DNA of 64,000 bases from Eledone cirrhosa. Taxonomy: Eukaryota. A model generated the notes under the pieces. The model was given only the letters and a program-made list of their open reading frames with translations, made no database searches and was not told the DNA's origin. A program made the position numbers and the translations under genes. The stretch is from assembly GCA_964016885.1 (NCBI GenBank), contig OZ024742.1:108314001-108378000 (forward strand), given 5' to 3'. How positions within the stretch are numbered: the stretch's first letter is position 1; every line of letters starts with the position of its first letter. Of the stretch, positions 25,860 to 37,246 are shown piece by piece.

Positions 25860-26400
25860 TTGTGATCGTTGTTTTTGGTTATTTATTGTGTGTTTTCCCT
25901 TCCCGACCAATCGCAGCTCTCTGTCTTTTGCTTTGTCTTGCCTTGTCTTGTCTTTCTTTCTATTGTATTAAAAGTATTCTGCATACGATTGCAGTGCGTA
26001 GTAATGTTATTATCTATGTTATATATTCGTTTAAGTTACCGAGGTGTTGGTTATGGATTCGATTACTTTATTTTAATAATTCCCAAGGCACCTATAGGTA
26101 TATGGATTGTTTCCATTATCAAATTCGACATTCTGATAATTTCTCTTCCCAAATCATTATATTTGGATAATTTCTCAATATTACTCAGAGATAGATTATC
26201 ATCTGCTGTGATTGATATTTTCATTAGTAGGCCAGTCTATTCCTAGTAGTCGTCAACAGCAGTATCCGACTGATTACCCTTCTTCTTCCGGTCTAAGTGA
26301 AATATCATATCCCAGAATATGGTCGCTTTATCTGATGTACGCTTATGCCTCCTCTTTTTATTGGTATTTTATTATGCTGGCATATGTTTCCAGAAAATGA
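25860..26400 (-). mobile_element. Degenerate RLE-domain relic of a Dong-like LINE
   Basis: Minus strand gives fragments resembling IFWD, EKLSKYNDL and IPIGALGII. Confidence 0.55.
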
Positions 26401-26651
26401 AAGGCTCAACACTTTTGTCATTTAATTTTAATTTAATTAGTTGTTATTTAGTGTGTGTCGACAAATAGCATTCTCTCTTCCGGAGTCAATAGAATAAAGT
26501 ATGAGCCAAGTACTGGGGTCGATATAATCGACTTTCCCCTCAATCAAAATTAATGGATTTGTGCAAATGTTAGAAAAAAAAATTATTTGTTATTCTATAA
26601 TAGATCTTTATAAAACGTCTGCTCATTTCACAACGCCTCAAATAATGTTAG

Positions 26652-26735
<84 letters not shown>

Positions 26736-26928
26736 TTTATATATATTGTTATACTTGGGGAGGGCCATATTGTTGTAATAATATTGCCAGAAATAATAAC
26801 AAAACACACTCCCTGTCTGGTTCGTTTTCGCTTCTGCATCTTTTATATCTCCATAGTTAATTTATTTGGCAATCAATGTTTATCATTGACTGACCATCGG
26901 TTAGAAATACAGATAACAAAATATATAT

Positions 26929-26982
26929 ATAGTCTAACAAAGTTCTTTCGTTGCACATCTGCAACATCATCAGTGGTACTAT
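26929..26982 (-). ncRNA. Type-I hammerhead ribozyme-like motif (imperfect stem I)
   Basis: ATAGTACCA-CTGATGA-T-GTTGCA-GATG-TGCAAC-GAAA-GAACTT-TGTTAGACTAT. Confidence 0.55.
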
Positions 26983-27169
26983 TATCATGTTCCCTCCTAT
27001 TGTGATGTATTGTAATGTTCACATTGCAATACAACACAATAGGACTGAGTTGTGGGAGGAAGAAGGGGAGTAGTGGGAGGGAAGGTTTAACATACAAAAG
27101 CAGTATCTCCTCTTCCCTATCTCTCACTGAAACGTCTTCTCTTTCCTCCTCCATTGTAAGTTCCATTAT

Positions 27170-27322
27170 TGATTTTTATTGAAATTCAATTAGCCAGCCC
27201 TGTTTCTGAATATATAGCTTAACATGTGTATAAAGTTTCATCGGGATCGAATAACTGGTGTAGGCGCCAACTGGTTATACACAGATACACAGACAGGCAG
27301 AAATTGCCATTTATATAGTATA
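27170..27322 (+). mobile_element. Possible non-autonomous Helitron/Helentron-like end
   Basis: AAGTTTCATC..ATCG..ACAGACAG..TTTATATAGTA pattern; resemblance only. Confidence 0.3.
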
Positions 27323-27410
27323 TAAATATATATATATATATGCAATCATTTTTTCATATATTCTCTTTTATCATTTCCAAACATAGAACCACTAAATTAC
27401 GACGACTTTG

Positions 27411-27426
27411 TTCTATCTATCTGTCA

Positions 27427-27474
<48 letters not shown>

Positions 27475-27479
27475 CTCTA
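27411..27479. repeat. (CTAT)n microsatellite, apparent target of the Tx1 element
   Basis: Direct observation; abuts the element 5' end. Confidence 0.9.
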
Positions 27480-27698
27480 TCAGTCGTGTGTCACTTCGCG
27501 GAGAAGTTTCCGTTAATTTATGTAAGGAAAAAACGTGAGTTTTTAGTTCAATTTTATATCATTGTGTAACTTGACCACCCGTCTGGACCTTCAGGTGGTG
27601 GGTCAACTCATTTTCGCCCCTTCAGGGGCGGAATATCCATTTAAAAAATTTTTCTCCATCGAATCTTGGAAAAAATATTGTAAAATTTTGATTACGTT

Positions 27699-29615
27699 AT
27701 GAACGCTGCGTCCAACGATAATGGTGGTGGAGAGGCGGTAAGACTACAAAGCTCGCAGTCAACAACGTCTTCTTCACTAGATACTATAGAGATGGAAAGA
27801 CAAAATGAAAATAAAAAAACGAATTCACATCCAAACAACACAAATGACACCAAACAGCTCAATGACAACAAAAATAACAGCAAAACCAATAATGATGATA
27901 AAAGCAACAATGATAACAACAACAAAGAAAAAAATAAAGACAACGCCAATAACACCAGCATCAAAGACAACAACAACACCAAGGAAAATACGGATGATAC
28001 CAACATCGGTGACAACAAGAATAACAACAAGAATAACAACAATAATGACAACACCACCAATACGGATTCCACAAAGAAACCAAAAATCTCCTTTGCGGAG
28101 AAAGTTCAAAAGAAAGAACAATTGATATATCTCGACATAACAAATGCTGAACACCTTTTAAAGGACGCTAAGAGATATGTCACCTTCGAAAAAAATGGTG
28201 CTTTCAGCATCAATTCTCCGGTAGAAATTCGCAAGGAAACTGCTCTCAAAACGATAGTTTTTAGGACAGTTTCCAATTCTACCCGAAAACCAGTCCAATT
28301 GTCACAGAAAGATATTGAACTGGTTTTCAAAGATTCAATGAATGATATTGCATTCATTCAAAGAAGCAAACTTTTTGGGAGTATTTCGGTACTGATGAAG
28401 GATCAATTGACGGCCCAAAATTACTCTGTGTCGCCAATTGTATCCAACCTGTACACCTTTTTCCCTACATACATGGGAAAAAGGACACAAAAGATCAGAA
28501 TCACAAGTGTCACACCAAAGGTGAACATATGGTGGATACTGTGCGGCTTCATCAATTTTGATGAAGACAGAATACTGTCAGTAGGCAAGTCCCCCAGAGA
28601 TGTATTCAATGGGACTAGCATTGAAGTTCTGGTGCAAATGAGCCCAGAGCGAATAGCTATGATCCCACAGCGTGTACTCCTGGACGGACTTACCTACATA
28701 AACCTTTCGGTTGAGGGTAGGCGGCCTTCATGTTACCATTGCTTTAGCAGGGGTCACCTGAGGGCTTCCTGTCCTAAACTAATGAACCAAAAAAAGGCTC
28801 TTCTGCCAACACCCATCAAAACAACACAACCACCAACACCACCACTACAACAACAACACCAACACACAAAAATAACCACAACAAACACAGTCCCACCCAA
28901 CCTCACTCCACCTAAAACCACTGCAAAATCACATACAGACACAACAGCTCCCCAAGACATACCCCTCCCCAATCACACAGACGATACAACAGATGAGGCT
29001 ATCTCGCCATCACCCAGTGAAGACGAGGGAGAACCCCATCGCTCGAAAAGAAAGAAAAGACATCACAAAAGCAAAAAACCAGCAAACACTACCACAAACA
29101 TACAACCACCAACACAAACAACAAAAATATCACAAACAAAACCCCCACCTCCTGAAAACAAAATACCTACAACAAAACGAAAGCACACACAAGAACTACA
29201 GACAAAAACAAACACAACACAAGAAAATTACACTTACACTTACATAAACACTGAAAACAAAACACTAATGGAGACCATTACGAACGACCCTTCGGTTTTC
29301 ACCGAAGGGAAAACTTTCGCCCACTCTATAAAAAATAGCAAAAAAATGAACCTAAAACTGATTAGGGTCCCTATACAAACTTATAGGTCCCTAAAAGAAA
29401 CATTTGAGAAGGATGTGGGGAATTCCTGCGTGAAACCACTCAACCGCGTCCTTCTCAAATGCCTCCCCACCCCAGACACCCCCATTCCACCAGACCCCAC
29501 CCCACCAAACATCTGCGTCCCCACCCCGCCGGAAACCACCACCCATCCAGACAACCCCTCCAACACCCCCATGGAAATCGTGCGGCCTGGTCCCCGGGAG
29601 GCGAAGGGTGAGTGA
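27699..29615 (+). CDS. LINE ORF1 protein (Asn-rich N-terminus, CCHC zinc knuckle, Pro/Thr-rich C-terminal region)
   Basis: 638-aa open frame; CYHCFSRGHLRASC fits CX2CX4HX4C. Confidence 0.9.
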   Translation: MNAASNDNGGGEAVRLQSSQSTTSSSLDTIEMERQNENKKTNSHPNNTNDTKQLNDNKNNSKTNNDDKSNNDNNNKEKNKDNANNTSIKDNNNTKENTDDTNIGDNKNNNKNNNNNDNTTNTDSTKKPKISFAEKVQKKEQLIYLDITNAEHLLKDAKRYVTFEKNGAFSINSPVEIRKETALKTIVFRTVSNSTRKPVQLSQKDIELVFKDSMNDIAFIQRSKLFGSISVLMKDQLTAQNYSVSPIVSNLYTFFPTYMGKRTQKIRITSVTPKVNIWWILCGFINFDEDRILSVGKSPRDVFNGTSIEVLVQMSPERIAMIPQRVLLDGLTYINLSVEGRRPSCYHCFSRGHLRASCPKLMNQKKALLPTPIKTTQPPTPPLQQQHQHTKITTTNTVPPNLTPPKTTAKSHTDTTAPQDIPLPNHTDDTTDEAISPSPSEDEGEPHRSKRKKRHHKSKKPANTTTNIQPPTQTTKISQTKPPPPENKIPTTKRKHTQELQTKTNTTQENYTYTYINTENKTLMETITNDPSVFTEGKTFAHSIKNSKKMNLKLIRVPIQTYRSLKETFEKDVGNSCVKPLNRVLLKCLPTPDTPIPPDPTPPNICVPTPPETTTHPDNPSNTPMEIVRPGPREAKGE

Positions 29616-29648
29616 TCTCTTTTCCTCTTTTAACTTTTCAGCACCAAC

Positions 29649-32600
29649 ATGGCCAATATAAGAGTTGGATGTGTGAACGTACGCGGTCTGGGGATGCCCT
29701 GGAAACAGGGCAAACTCTTAAACGACCTCAGGTCGCACAGTTTGGATGTGGTAGCCATTTGCGAGTCCAGGATCCACGGCGAGCGACAGCTGGCCCCCAT
29801 CTTCGATGACTTTGAGATCTACGCATCTCTCTGTCAACCGGGGGGTGGGGGCGGAGTTGCCGTTTTGCTGCGGAAACACCTGGGCCTCGTAACACAGACG
29901 GTACATCTGGACCCGGAGGGTCGACTGGTGGTCCTAGACGTTGACGGTAGTGAAGGTGGAGCGTTCAGGCTGGTGGCCGCATATGCCCCATCCGGGACAC
30001 CGCGGCCAGACTTCTTCAAACGTCTAGAGACTTTTCTGGGAACGTCCCGCTCCTTGCTTTTAGTGGGGGACTGGAATGGAATCCTAGATGCACGTTGGGA
30101 CTATGTGGGAGCATGTCCCGATAAAGGGGGGTGTAACAGCCTCAAACAGTTAATCGACCGATTTGACCTGGCCGATAGATATCGACTAGATTTTCCGACT
30201 GCGCCACTGTGGACGTGGAGTAATCGTAGCGGAACATCTAGATCGTACCTAGATAGGGTTCTAGTTAGAAATAAGGATAGGGACATGTTAAGCTGTCCAC
30301 AAATGTTCATGGTTGCCTATTCAGATCACAAACTAGTGACCTGCATGGCCAACCTTGATAGAACCCATAGACAAGGACCCGGCTACTGGAAGCTGAACTT
30401 GTCGTTACCGACAAGCAAAGCCTACAGTAGACGGATTAGCACTTTAGTTAAACAGCACTTGACAGGGGCCATTGTCAACAACAGATGGTGGTACTCTCTC
30501 AAGAGGGCAGTTAGATTAGACTCGATAGTTTTTAGTAAAGAATTAGCGTTAGATAGAAATAGAACCGAGAAGGAACTGGTAGATAAAGTAGAAGAGGCTA
30601 TTAGAAGTGGCAACGTAGCCAGCGTGCTAGCAACGAGAACGGCCTTGGACCAGTTCTTCGACGCAAAGCACGAGGGCTGCGTTGTCAGAAGCAAAATACG
30701 TGCTCTGGGAAACGAGGGAGCCAAAGCTGTTAGCTGGGCCCGAGTGACGGAGGCAAAAAGTGGCAACAAGTCCACGATTCGGTCTTTGAAGGACCAAAAC
30801 GGACGCGTGATACGTGAGCCGAAGCAGATGTGTGCGGCTTTTCAGCGGCACTTTGCTCGGCTGTTCGGGGGGAGCGGCGCGCCGGGAGAGGCTATGGATT
30901 TCGGTCCATACCTCGACGGCCTACCGCGACTCTCGGACAGCGAGGCGAAGTTCTGCGAAAAGCCGATTTCAGCCACTGAGATAGGGGACGCGCTGAGCCA
31001 ATGCGGCAAACGCAAATCTCCAGGTCTCGACGGTCTACCCTACGAATTTTACGTAGCAATGCCGGACTTATTCTCCGGTCTCCTGGAAGCGGTCTACTGC
31101 AACTGGCAACAGAACGGGAGAATTCCCAGTTCTGTAACCGGGGGCGTGGTCACACTAATCAGGAAGGACGAGAATAAGGGGGATGACATAGGCAACTTCC
31201 GGCCCATAACTCTGCTAAACACAGAGTTACAGATTTTGGCCAAGGTGTTGGCAAAGAGGCTGGCGCTTGTCGTCGAGAACCTGGTGGGAGAAGCGCAGAC
31301 ATGCGCGATCCCGACCAGGTCCATACACGACAACCTCCACCTCATGCGATACATCATAGAGAGGGTAGGGTGTAAACCCGGCTTCGGTGGGGCCCTGATC
31401 AACTTGGATCAGTCTAAGGCTTTCGATAGGGTTGACCATCGTTACCTGGATGCGGTGCTCGAGGCGGCAGGCTTCGGACCCGTGTTCAGGGGCTGGATTG
31501 CTGCAATGCACAACAGCAACATCTGCTCAAGGGTCAAGGTGAACGGTTACCTCTCGGAGCCGTTCCATATTACGCGATCCATTCGACAGGGATGCCCTCT
31601 CTCCTCCCTTCTGTACGTACTGACTCTCGAGCCACTACTGCGGAAGCTGGAGCTATTGCAGGGCATCCCTCTGGAACCGGGACTGCGGAAAGCGGCGTCG
31701 GCCTACGCCGACGACGTGACAGTAATGGTGTCGAGCGCCTCGCAAATCGAGGAAGTCGGCACCTTACTAAAGGAATACGAAAGTCTCACAGGAGCGAAGC
31801 TGAACCGGGACAAGTCCATCGGTTTGCAACTCGGATCGTGAAGAGGCAGACCGATGCCTTCCGATGGCGTCGTCGGACGCTGGACGGAAGGACCGGTAAA
31901 GCTGCTCGGGGTCTTGTTTGGTCCGGACCTCCAGGTGGAGAAGAACTGGAACGAAGTGACGGCCAAGGTGTTTGCACTCACCCAGAAGTGGGCCGAGTGC
32001 AAACTATCCTTGAAAGGTCGAGCGGAGGTGGCGAACACTTTTATAGCGTCCGCCATCTACTACCGCTTGACCGTCGTGCCTTGTCCAGCCAAAACGCTCG
32101 CCAAAATGGAGCGCGCCCTCTTCCGATTCCTTTGGAAGAGGCGGGCTCCTTTGGTAAGAAGATCCATCTGCTGCCAACACCCTTCTAACGGAGGGCTGGG
32201 GATGCCGTGGTTGACGATGCGCAAACACGCGCTCAGGCTGCGGCATCTCTACGTATTCCTCACCGGACAACCGGTGTGGGCCCCGTTCGTGAGGCGAGCC
32301 TTCCCACGACTCGTCTCGCTGACCGAGCTGCAGTCCTGGGTCAAGCAGAGACCGAGGAAAATGGGCGACTGGCACATCGAATGTGCTCAGGCGCTCACAG
32401 CCCTCTGGCAGGCGGACCCGGCGATCAGTGGAGACTCCACTTCGTCATTCTATAGAGGGTTGGTCCGCAGCAAGTGCGACGACGCGCTCGGTGAAACTCT
32501 AGGCGTGGAGGAAGATGAACTGGCCAGTCTGTTCGGTAGGACCTTCCGCCCGGGACCGATGGACAACTTCCAAAAGTCCCTGGCCTGGCAGTGCTACCGA

Positions 32601-33086
32601 GGAGCTCTACCAGTTCGAGACAAGCTCTACAGACATGGGCGCCCGGGCAGGGACCCTGCAAAAAAGATCTGTCCGAGGTGCGTGCGAGACGAAGAAACCG
32701 TCGCGCACGCATTCATACACTGCCCGGGCGTCACTGACCTGTGGGGCTATGTAGAACGACTATTGTCGCGGGTGGGACCAATCCAGTTGACCACCGAGTC
32801 CATTGTCATGATCAAACCGCCACCCTCCTTCAAAAACGAAGGAGAGGCGGTTTTCCTTTGTGTGATAGCTATGGCGAAAGAGGTTGTATGGTGGACAAGG
32901 TTGAAAGGGCTGAGGTCAGACACCTTTCTCTCCGGCCAACAACTGATTCTTTTTTTCAAATACCACTTTGGAAGAAGAATCAGGATGGAGACAGAGGTGC
33001 TGTACCCCAGCAAGTTTTATGAAAGGTGGGTGAAAGTGGCGAGAATGGCCCGAGTGAATGGGCCTTCTCTCTATATCAGCCTGTAG
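29649..33086 (+). pseudogene. LINE ORF2 (APE endonuclease, RT, zinc knuckle) with one in-frame TGA at 31839-31841
   Basis: ORFs 29649..31841 and 31854..33086 are in the same frame; the paralog on the minus strand has TGG here. Motifs GDWN, SDH, FRPITLLN, QGCPLS, YADD and CPRC..H..C. Confidence 0.92.
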
Positions 33087-33374
33087 GTTGAGGAAAAGGA
33101 GGAGGAGAGGAAAGGAGTACAAGCTCTTCGTACTCCTGGAGATGAGGGTTGCACATTTTTTTCGGGGGTCTGTGTTACCCATATAAACTGTCTCCCTCTA
33201 TTGGGGAAAATCGACTAACTTTTAAATTCCATCTGTGATAACATTTTACACGTTTTTATTGTATGTAAACTTCCCCCTTTGTATTTGTCCCCTTCTTTTG
33301 TGCCCCTGTGGCTAATAAAGAAATATATCTATTTATCTATTTATCTATCTAGCTATCTATATATATATATCTAG

Positions 33375-33421
<47 letters not shown>

Positions 33422-33496
33422 TGCGTATAGGCATATAGGCATATATTTACATATATATATATATATTCGCACACACACACACACACGCAAGCACAC

Positions 33497-33540
<44 letters not shown>

Positions 33541-33581
33541 ATGATATTAATAAATGGAAACTATATTTATAAAACCACATT

Positions 33582-33642
33582 TATTCTATTATATATATTT
33601 CAAGGCTACCAAAACTTTGGTACGCTCTCATCAGATAAAATA
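33582..33642 (-). ncRNA. Type-I hammerhead ribozyme, minimal palindromic stem III
   Basis: TATTTTAT-CTGATGA-GAGCG-TACCAAA-GT-TTTGGTA-GCCTT-GAAA-TATATA-TA|ATAGAATA; 8-bp stem I. Confidence 0.75.
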
Positions 33643-33839
33643 CAGACCTTGTTTTATAAATATTGACATATCCAGGAATGAGACATTAACGGTTCAAGTT
33701 TTACCTGGATAGAGTGCTTCAAATCTGTTATAAATATATATATTTGTTGAATTACCAACAAATTAAATATCCCTTTGCTTATATATATATATAGTGATGA
33801 AACATAAGTCAATTGCATGAACTCATAATCTTTTATTTA

Positions 33840-33893
33840 CTGCTATATATATTTCGATGATAGCCATTTTATGGTTATGACCTCATCAGGCAG
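33840..33893 (-). ncRNA. Type-I hammerhead ribozyme, minimal palindromic stem III
   Basis: CTGC-CTGATGA-GGTCATAACCAT-AAA-ATGGCTATCATC-GAAA-TATATA-TA|GCAG, followed by AATAAA. Confidence 0.72.
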
Positions 33894-34178
33894 GTAGTCA
33901 GTTGTTAGATATGCCAGCTCTATGTTTTTGGTGTTGATGGTTTCGGAGCCTTGGGACATATGAGCTTTTTAGGGATAATTTAATGTTGTCAGCAGGAATA
34001 ATCTTAATTCTCATTGGTCAGTTTGTAGATTATAGTAGGATTGGTATTTGACCTCAAAGAGGTCGGTGGTGTTGTAAAGATCAAACCGTCAGGCAAGATG
34101 ACTGATTTCACAAAAAGCATTCCTGGTCAGATATATATTCAATTGAGGTTTATAGTATGAAATTCGATACTACAGGTC

Positions 34179-34211
<33 letters not shown>

Positions 34212-34346
34212 CGAAGGAAATGTGGTAAGGAACCAGGTGGACCATAACGCACCAAAGTACTCAATACTTAGGGTAGTAGAGTGGGTAATAGGAACAAGTA
34301 AGACCCCGACGTCTGAGCTCAAGCCGTTTCGATGGCTAATTCTGGA

Positions 34347-34406
<60 letters not shown>

Positions 34407-34409
34407 TGA

Positions 34410-36019
34410 TTGCTACCTCTTGTCAGAAGAGTGCCATCCCTTCATTGAACATTGCACGATCATGTGTACCCAAGTGATTTTTCAGGACCATTTTTGTTTT
34501 GTAGGCACATTCCCAGATGTGACACTTGAACTGTCTGTCTCCTAGCAATACCGGCTCGGCTGTGTCTTCATACAGTCTACCATCTATGGTCAGCCCACCA
34601 GCTGACTTGAAAATTAAGCCACACTCACTGCAAATGTACCGTGGAGTGCGTGGCAGAGGAACTATCTCACAAGTGGCTCGATCTCCCTGGATCGTGTGAT
34701 TTCAGATGATTGACAAATCCAGCTCTTGATAGAAGACATTAGTCACATACATTGCACTTCAATTCCTGTTGGATGTTTGCAGGCACTGCACTTGGATCAC
34801 AGTTACGAACTAAACGCTTCAAAACAGCATCTTCCACTCGTTTTTTCTCAGTGACATCACATCCATACTTGATGATAATTATCCATGATGTACGGCCTTC
34901 AGCCAGTCTTTCCCAGTTCTCCATATCAATCTTGTCTTTTATGACATCTGTAAACCACTTCTTTGGTTTATGCTGTGGAATTTTACCTTTGGTCAGCTCC
35001 CCATAAAATAACTGTTTCGGCAGCCTTCCATCTTCCATCTTGACCACATGACCAGTCCAACGCATCTGGTTCATAATAATTCTCCTTTCAGTACTGATGC
35101 TGCCTGCTTTCTCAAGTACATCAGCATCAGGTGTGTGAAAAGCCACTTGATGTTCAGGATGCGCCGGATACAATGCTGATGAAACATTTCCAGCTGCCTG
35201 ATGTGATGCCTGTAAGTTGTTTACGTTTTGCATCCGTATAGCATGGTTGTAAGAAGATATGCCTCATACACAGAGAGCTTTGTGTTTCTCGTGATACCCC
35301 GATTTGACAAGACCCGCTTCTCAAGCTTTCCAAAGCCAAGACTCACTTTCGCAATCTCGTGATCTATTTCAGTATCGAGGGTACCATCTCTACTAAATGT
35401 ACTTCCGAGATACATAAAACTGTTCATCACCTCAAGACTTTTTCCTGCCACAAAAATGTCTGGCTCCACATACATTTCCCCAGCTTGTGGAGTGTACATG
35501 GCCTTTGTCTTTTTTATACTAATATTTAACCCAAACACAGTGTATGCACCGGAGAAGTTGTTCAATATCAACTGCATATCTTCTACTGTGTATGCCACAA
35601 AATCTACATCATCAGCATACAGGAACTCCCTGACACGATTGGTAAATGTTTTGGACTTAGTGTTAAACCGTCTTAGATTAAAGGCTTTACCAGAGGTTCT
35701 AATTCACAAGTATACGCGAATTTGGAAGTCTTCGAAGGCATATGTTGGCAAAGTAGATGGAAAACGGAGGCTGAGCTGGTCTGTCTCATTGTTTAACACC
35801 GTTTTCCACTGACATTGACTCTGAAAGTGTCCCATTGAAGTTCACTTTTGCATATTTTCATGGAGTGTTTTGGATATTCCAACAAATCCATGAGGGCATG
35901 CAAGTTTCCCCAATATGACCCACAATGCACTTAACAGTATCGGTGGCTTTCTTAAAGTTCATAAATACTTGGTAAATGGCACTTGCTGTTCAGCATAATT
36001 CTCCATAAGTTGACGGGCT
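34410..36019 (-). mobile_element. Degenerate RTE-clade LINE
   Basis: Motifs FLYADD, FGLNISIKKTK, FMYLGS and RWTGHVVKMEDGRLPKQLFYGEL, with zinc-finger-like C-terminal relics. Confidence 0.88.
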
Positions 36020-36287
36020 GTCACTTACTTCTTTTCGGCGAAAGAAGGGAGAGAAGCTGACAGTCTATTTCACGCAGGTTGGCGTACATCTGAGTCACGT
36101 GCTCCCCTGCTTTCGCCGGAAATTATAGAAGCTAGATTCTTATAAAATTCCAGTGATATTCAGGAACTGATTATACAGAGTGATTGCCGGTCCCGCAAAA
36201 ATTTGGTATAAGGATTGGTGCTCTGAAATAGCGATGTATACATGAATGTATGTATAGTATATTTGGCAATATACCGTATGTTTAATT

Positions 36288-36290
<3 letters not shown>
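36020..36290 (-). mobile_element. Non-coding Penelope-type repeat with a decayed hammerhead (36046-36108); homolog of 50310-50556
   Basis: Collinear similarity to 50310-50556; CAGATGT-ACGC-CAACCT-GCGT-GAAA-TAGACTG-TC|AGCTT. Confidence 0.7.
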
Positions 36291-36350
<60 letters not shown>

Positions 36351-36482
36351 AATGTAATCTGAGTTTTTCGAGTATTAATAATAGTATTCGATTCGTTTGC
36401 AATTATACAAACAAGCCTCATTTTTAAAGCCATGTCAGTAGAATGATCCCCTCATTCTTGCTCTTGTGTTGGCATGTAAACA

Positions 36483-36532
36483 GAACTGCAGACACTAATG
36501 TTTCTGGGCATCAGCCTTTATCAGTACAGCTC
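36483..36532 (-). ncRNA. Type-I hammerhead ribozyme (core CTGATAA, G8>A)
   Basis: GAGCTGTA-CTGATAA-AGGC-TGAT-GCCCA-GAAA-CATTAGTG-TC|TGCAGTTC. Confidence 0.7.
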
Positions 36533-36595
36533 ACTGTTCACCTGCCAACTGTCAGAGCTAGTGAAAATATATGATATTTTCTAAAATATACAGTG

Positions 36596-36760
36596 ACTGA
36601 TCGGCCTGATTTGCATATTAGTAGACCCGCTGATCAGTCGGATCTGCATATTAGCAGATCCACTGATCAGTCGGATCTGCATATTAGCAGATCCACTGAC
36701 CAGTCGGATCTGCATATTAGCAGATCGACTGATCAGCCAGATTTGCATATCAGCAGACTG
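36596..36760. repeat. 33-bp tandem repeat, about 5 units, each a hairpin
   Basis: Unit ACTGATCAGTC-GGATCTGC-ATATTA-GCAGATCC. Confidence 0.9.
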
Positions 36761-36979
36761 GCCAGTCAGTTTCCTGTATACGAGCGATCAACGGCCGGCT
36801 TTTCCATATTCAAATAAAAAAAAAATGTTCTCTTTACATGGCTGAATACAATAAATGTAATCTGAGTTTTTCGAATAATAATATTTGATTCGTTTGCAAT
36901 TATACAAACAAGCCTTATTTTAAAAGCCATGTCAGTAGAATGAGCCCCTCATTCTTGACCTTGTGTTGGCATGTAAACA

Positions 36980-37029
36980 GAACTGCAGACACTAATGTTT
37001 CTGGGCATTACCCTTCATCAGTACAGTTC
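36980..37029 (-). ncRNA. Type-I hammerhead ribozyme, intact core
   Basis: GAACTGTA-CTGATGA-AGGGT-AAT-GCCCA-GAAA-CATTAGTG-TC|TGCAGTTC; 8-bp stem I, GUC cleavage site. Confidence 0.82.
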
Positions 37030-37121
37030 ACTATCACCTGCCAACTGTCAGAACTAGTGAAAATATATGATATTTTCTAAAACTCAGATTACATTTATTG
37101 TATTCACCCATGTAGAGCGAA

Positions 37122-37234
<113 letters not shown>

Positions 37235-37246
37235 TTAGATAGATAT

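Larger units (their letters stand above)
27480..33324 (+). mobile_element. Full-length Tx1/L1-clade LINE, family A
   Basis: 5'UTR starting with Inr-like TCAGT, intact ORF1, ORF2 with a single stop, 3'UTR with AATAAA; (CTAT)n on both sides. Confidence 0.95.
36348..37118 (-). mobile_element. Retrozyme/Penelope-like non-autonomous unit: two ~235-bp direct repeats with one hammerhead each, a central hairpin array and a short inverted end
   Basis: Repeats at 36348-36586 and 36851-37082; 37079-37118 is an inverted copy of about 36830-36870. Confidence 0.78.

Noticed and set aside
29608-29641. 34-nt intron fusing ORF1 to ORF2
   Set aside because: Removal gives K-A-P-T-W, which is out of frame with ORF2, and the intron is unusually short.
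31839-31841. Selenocysteine or programmed readthrough TGA
   Set aside because: Paralogs have TGG at this Trp, and no SECIS element was recognised.
31592-32188. 198-aa alternative-frame ORF conserved between LINE copies
   Set aside because: Expected from the GC-rich ORF2 and near-identical copies; there is no independent evidence.
36593-36817. CRISPR array or repeat protein (DQSDLHISRST)n
   Set aside because: The units are contiguous with no spacers, there are no cas genes and the context is eukaryotic; the ORF is a by-product of the 33-bp period.
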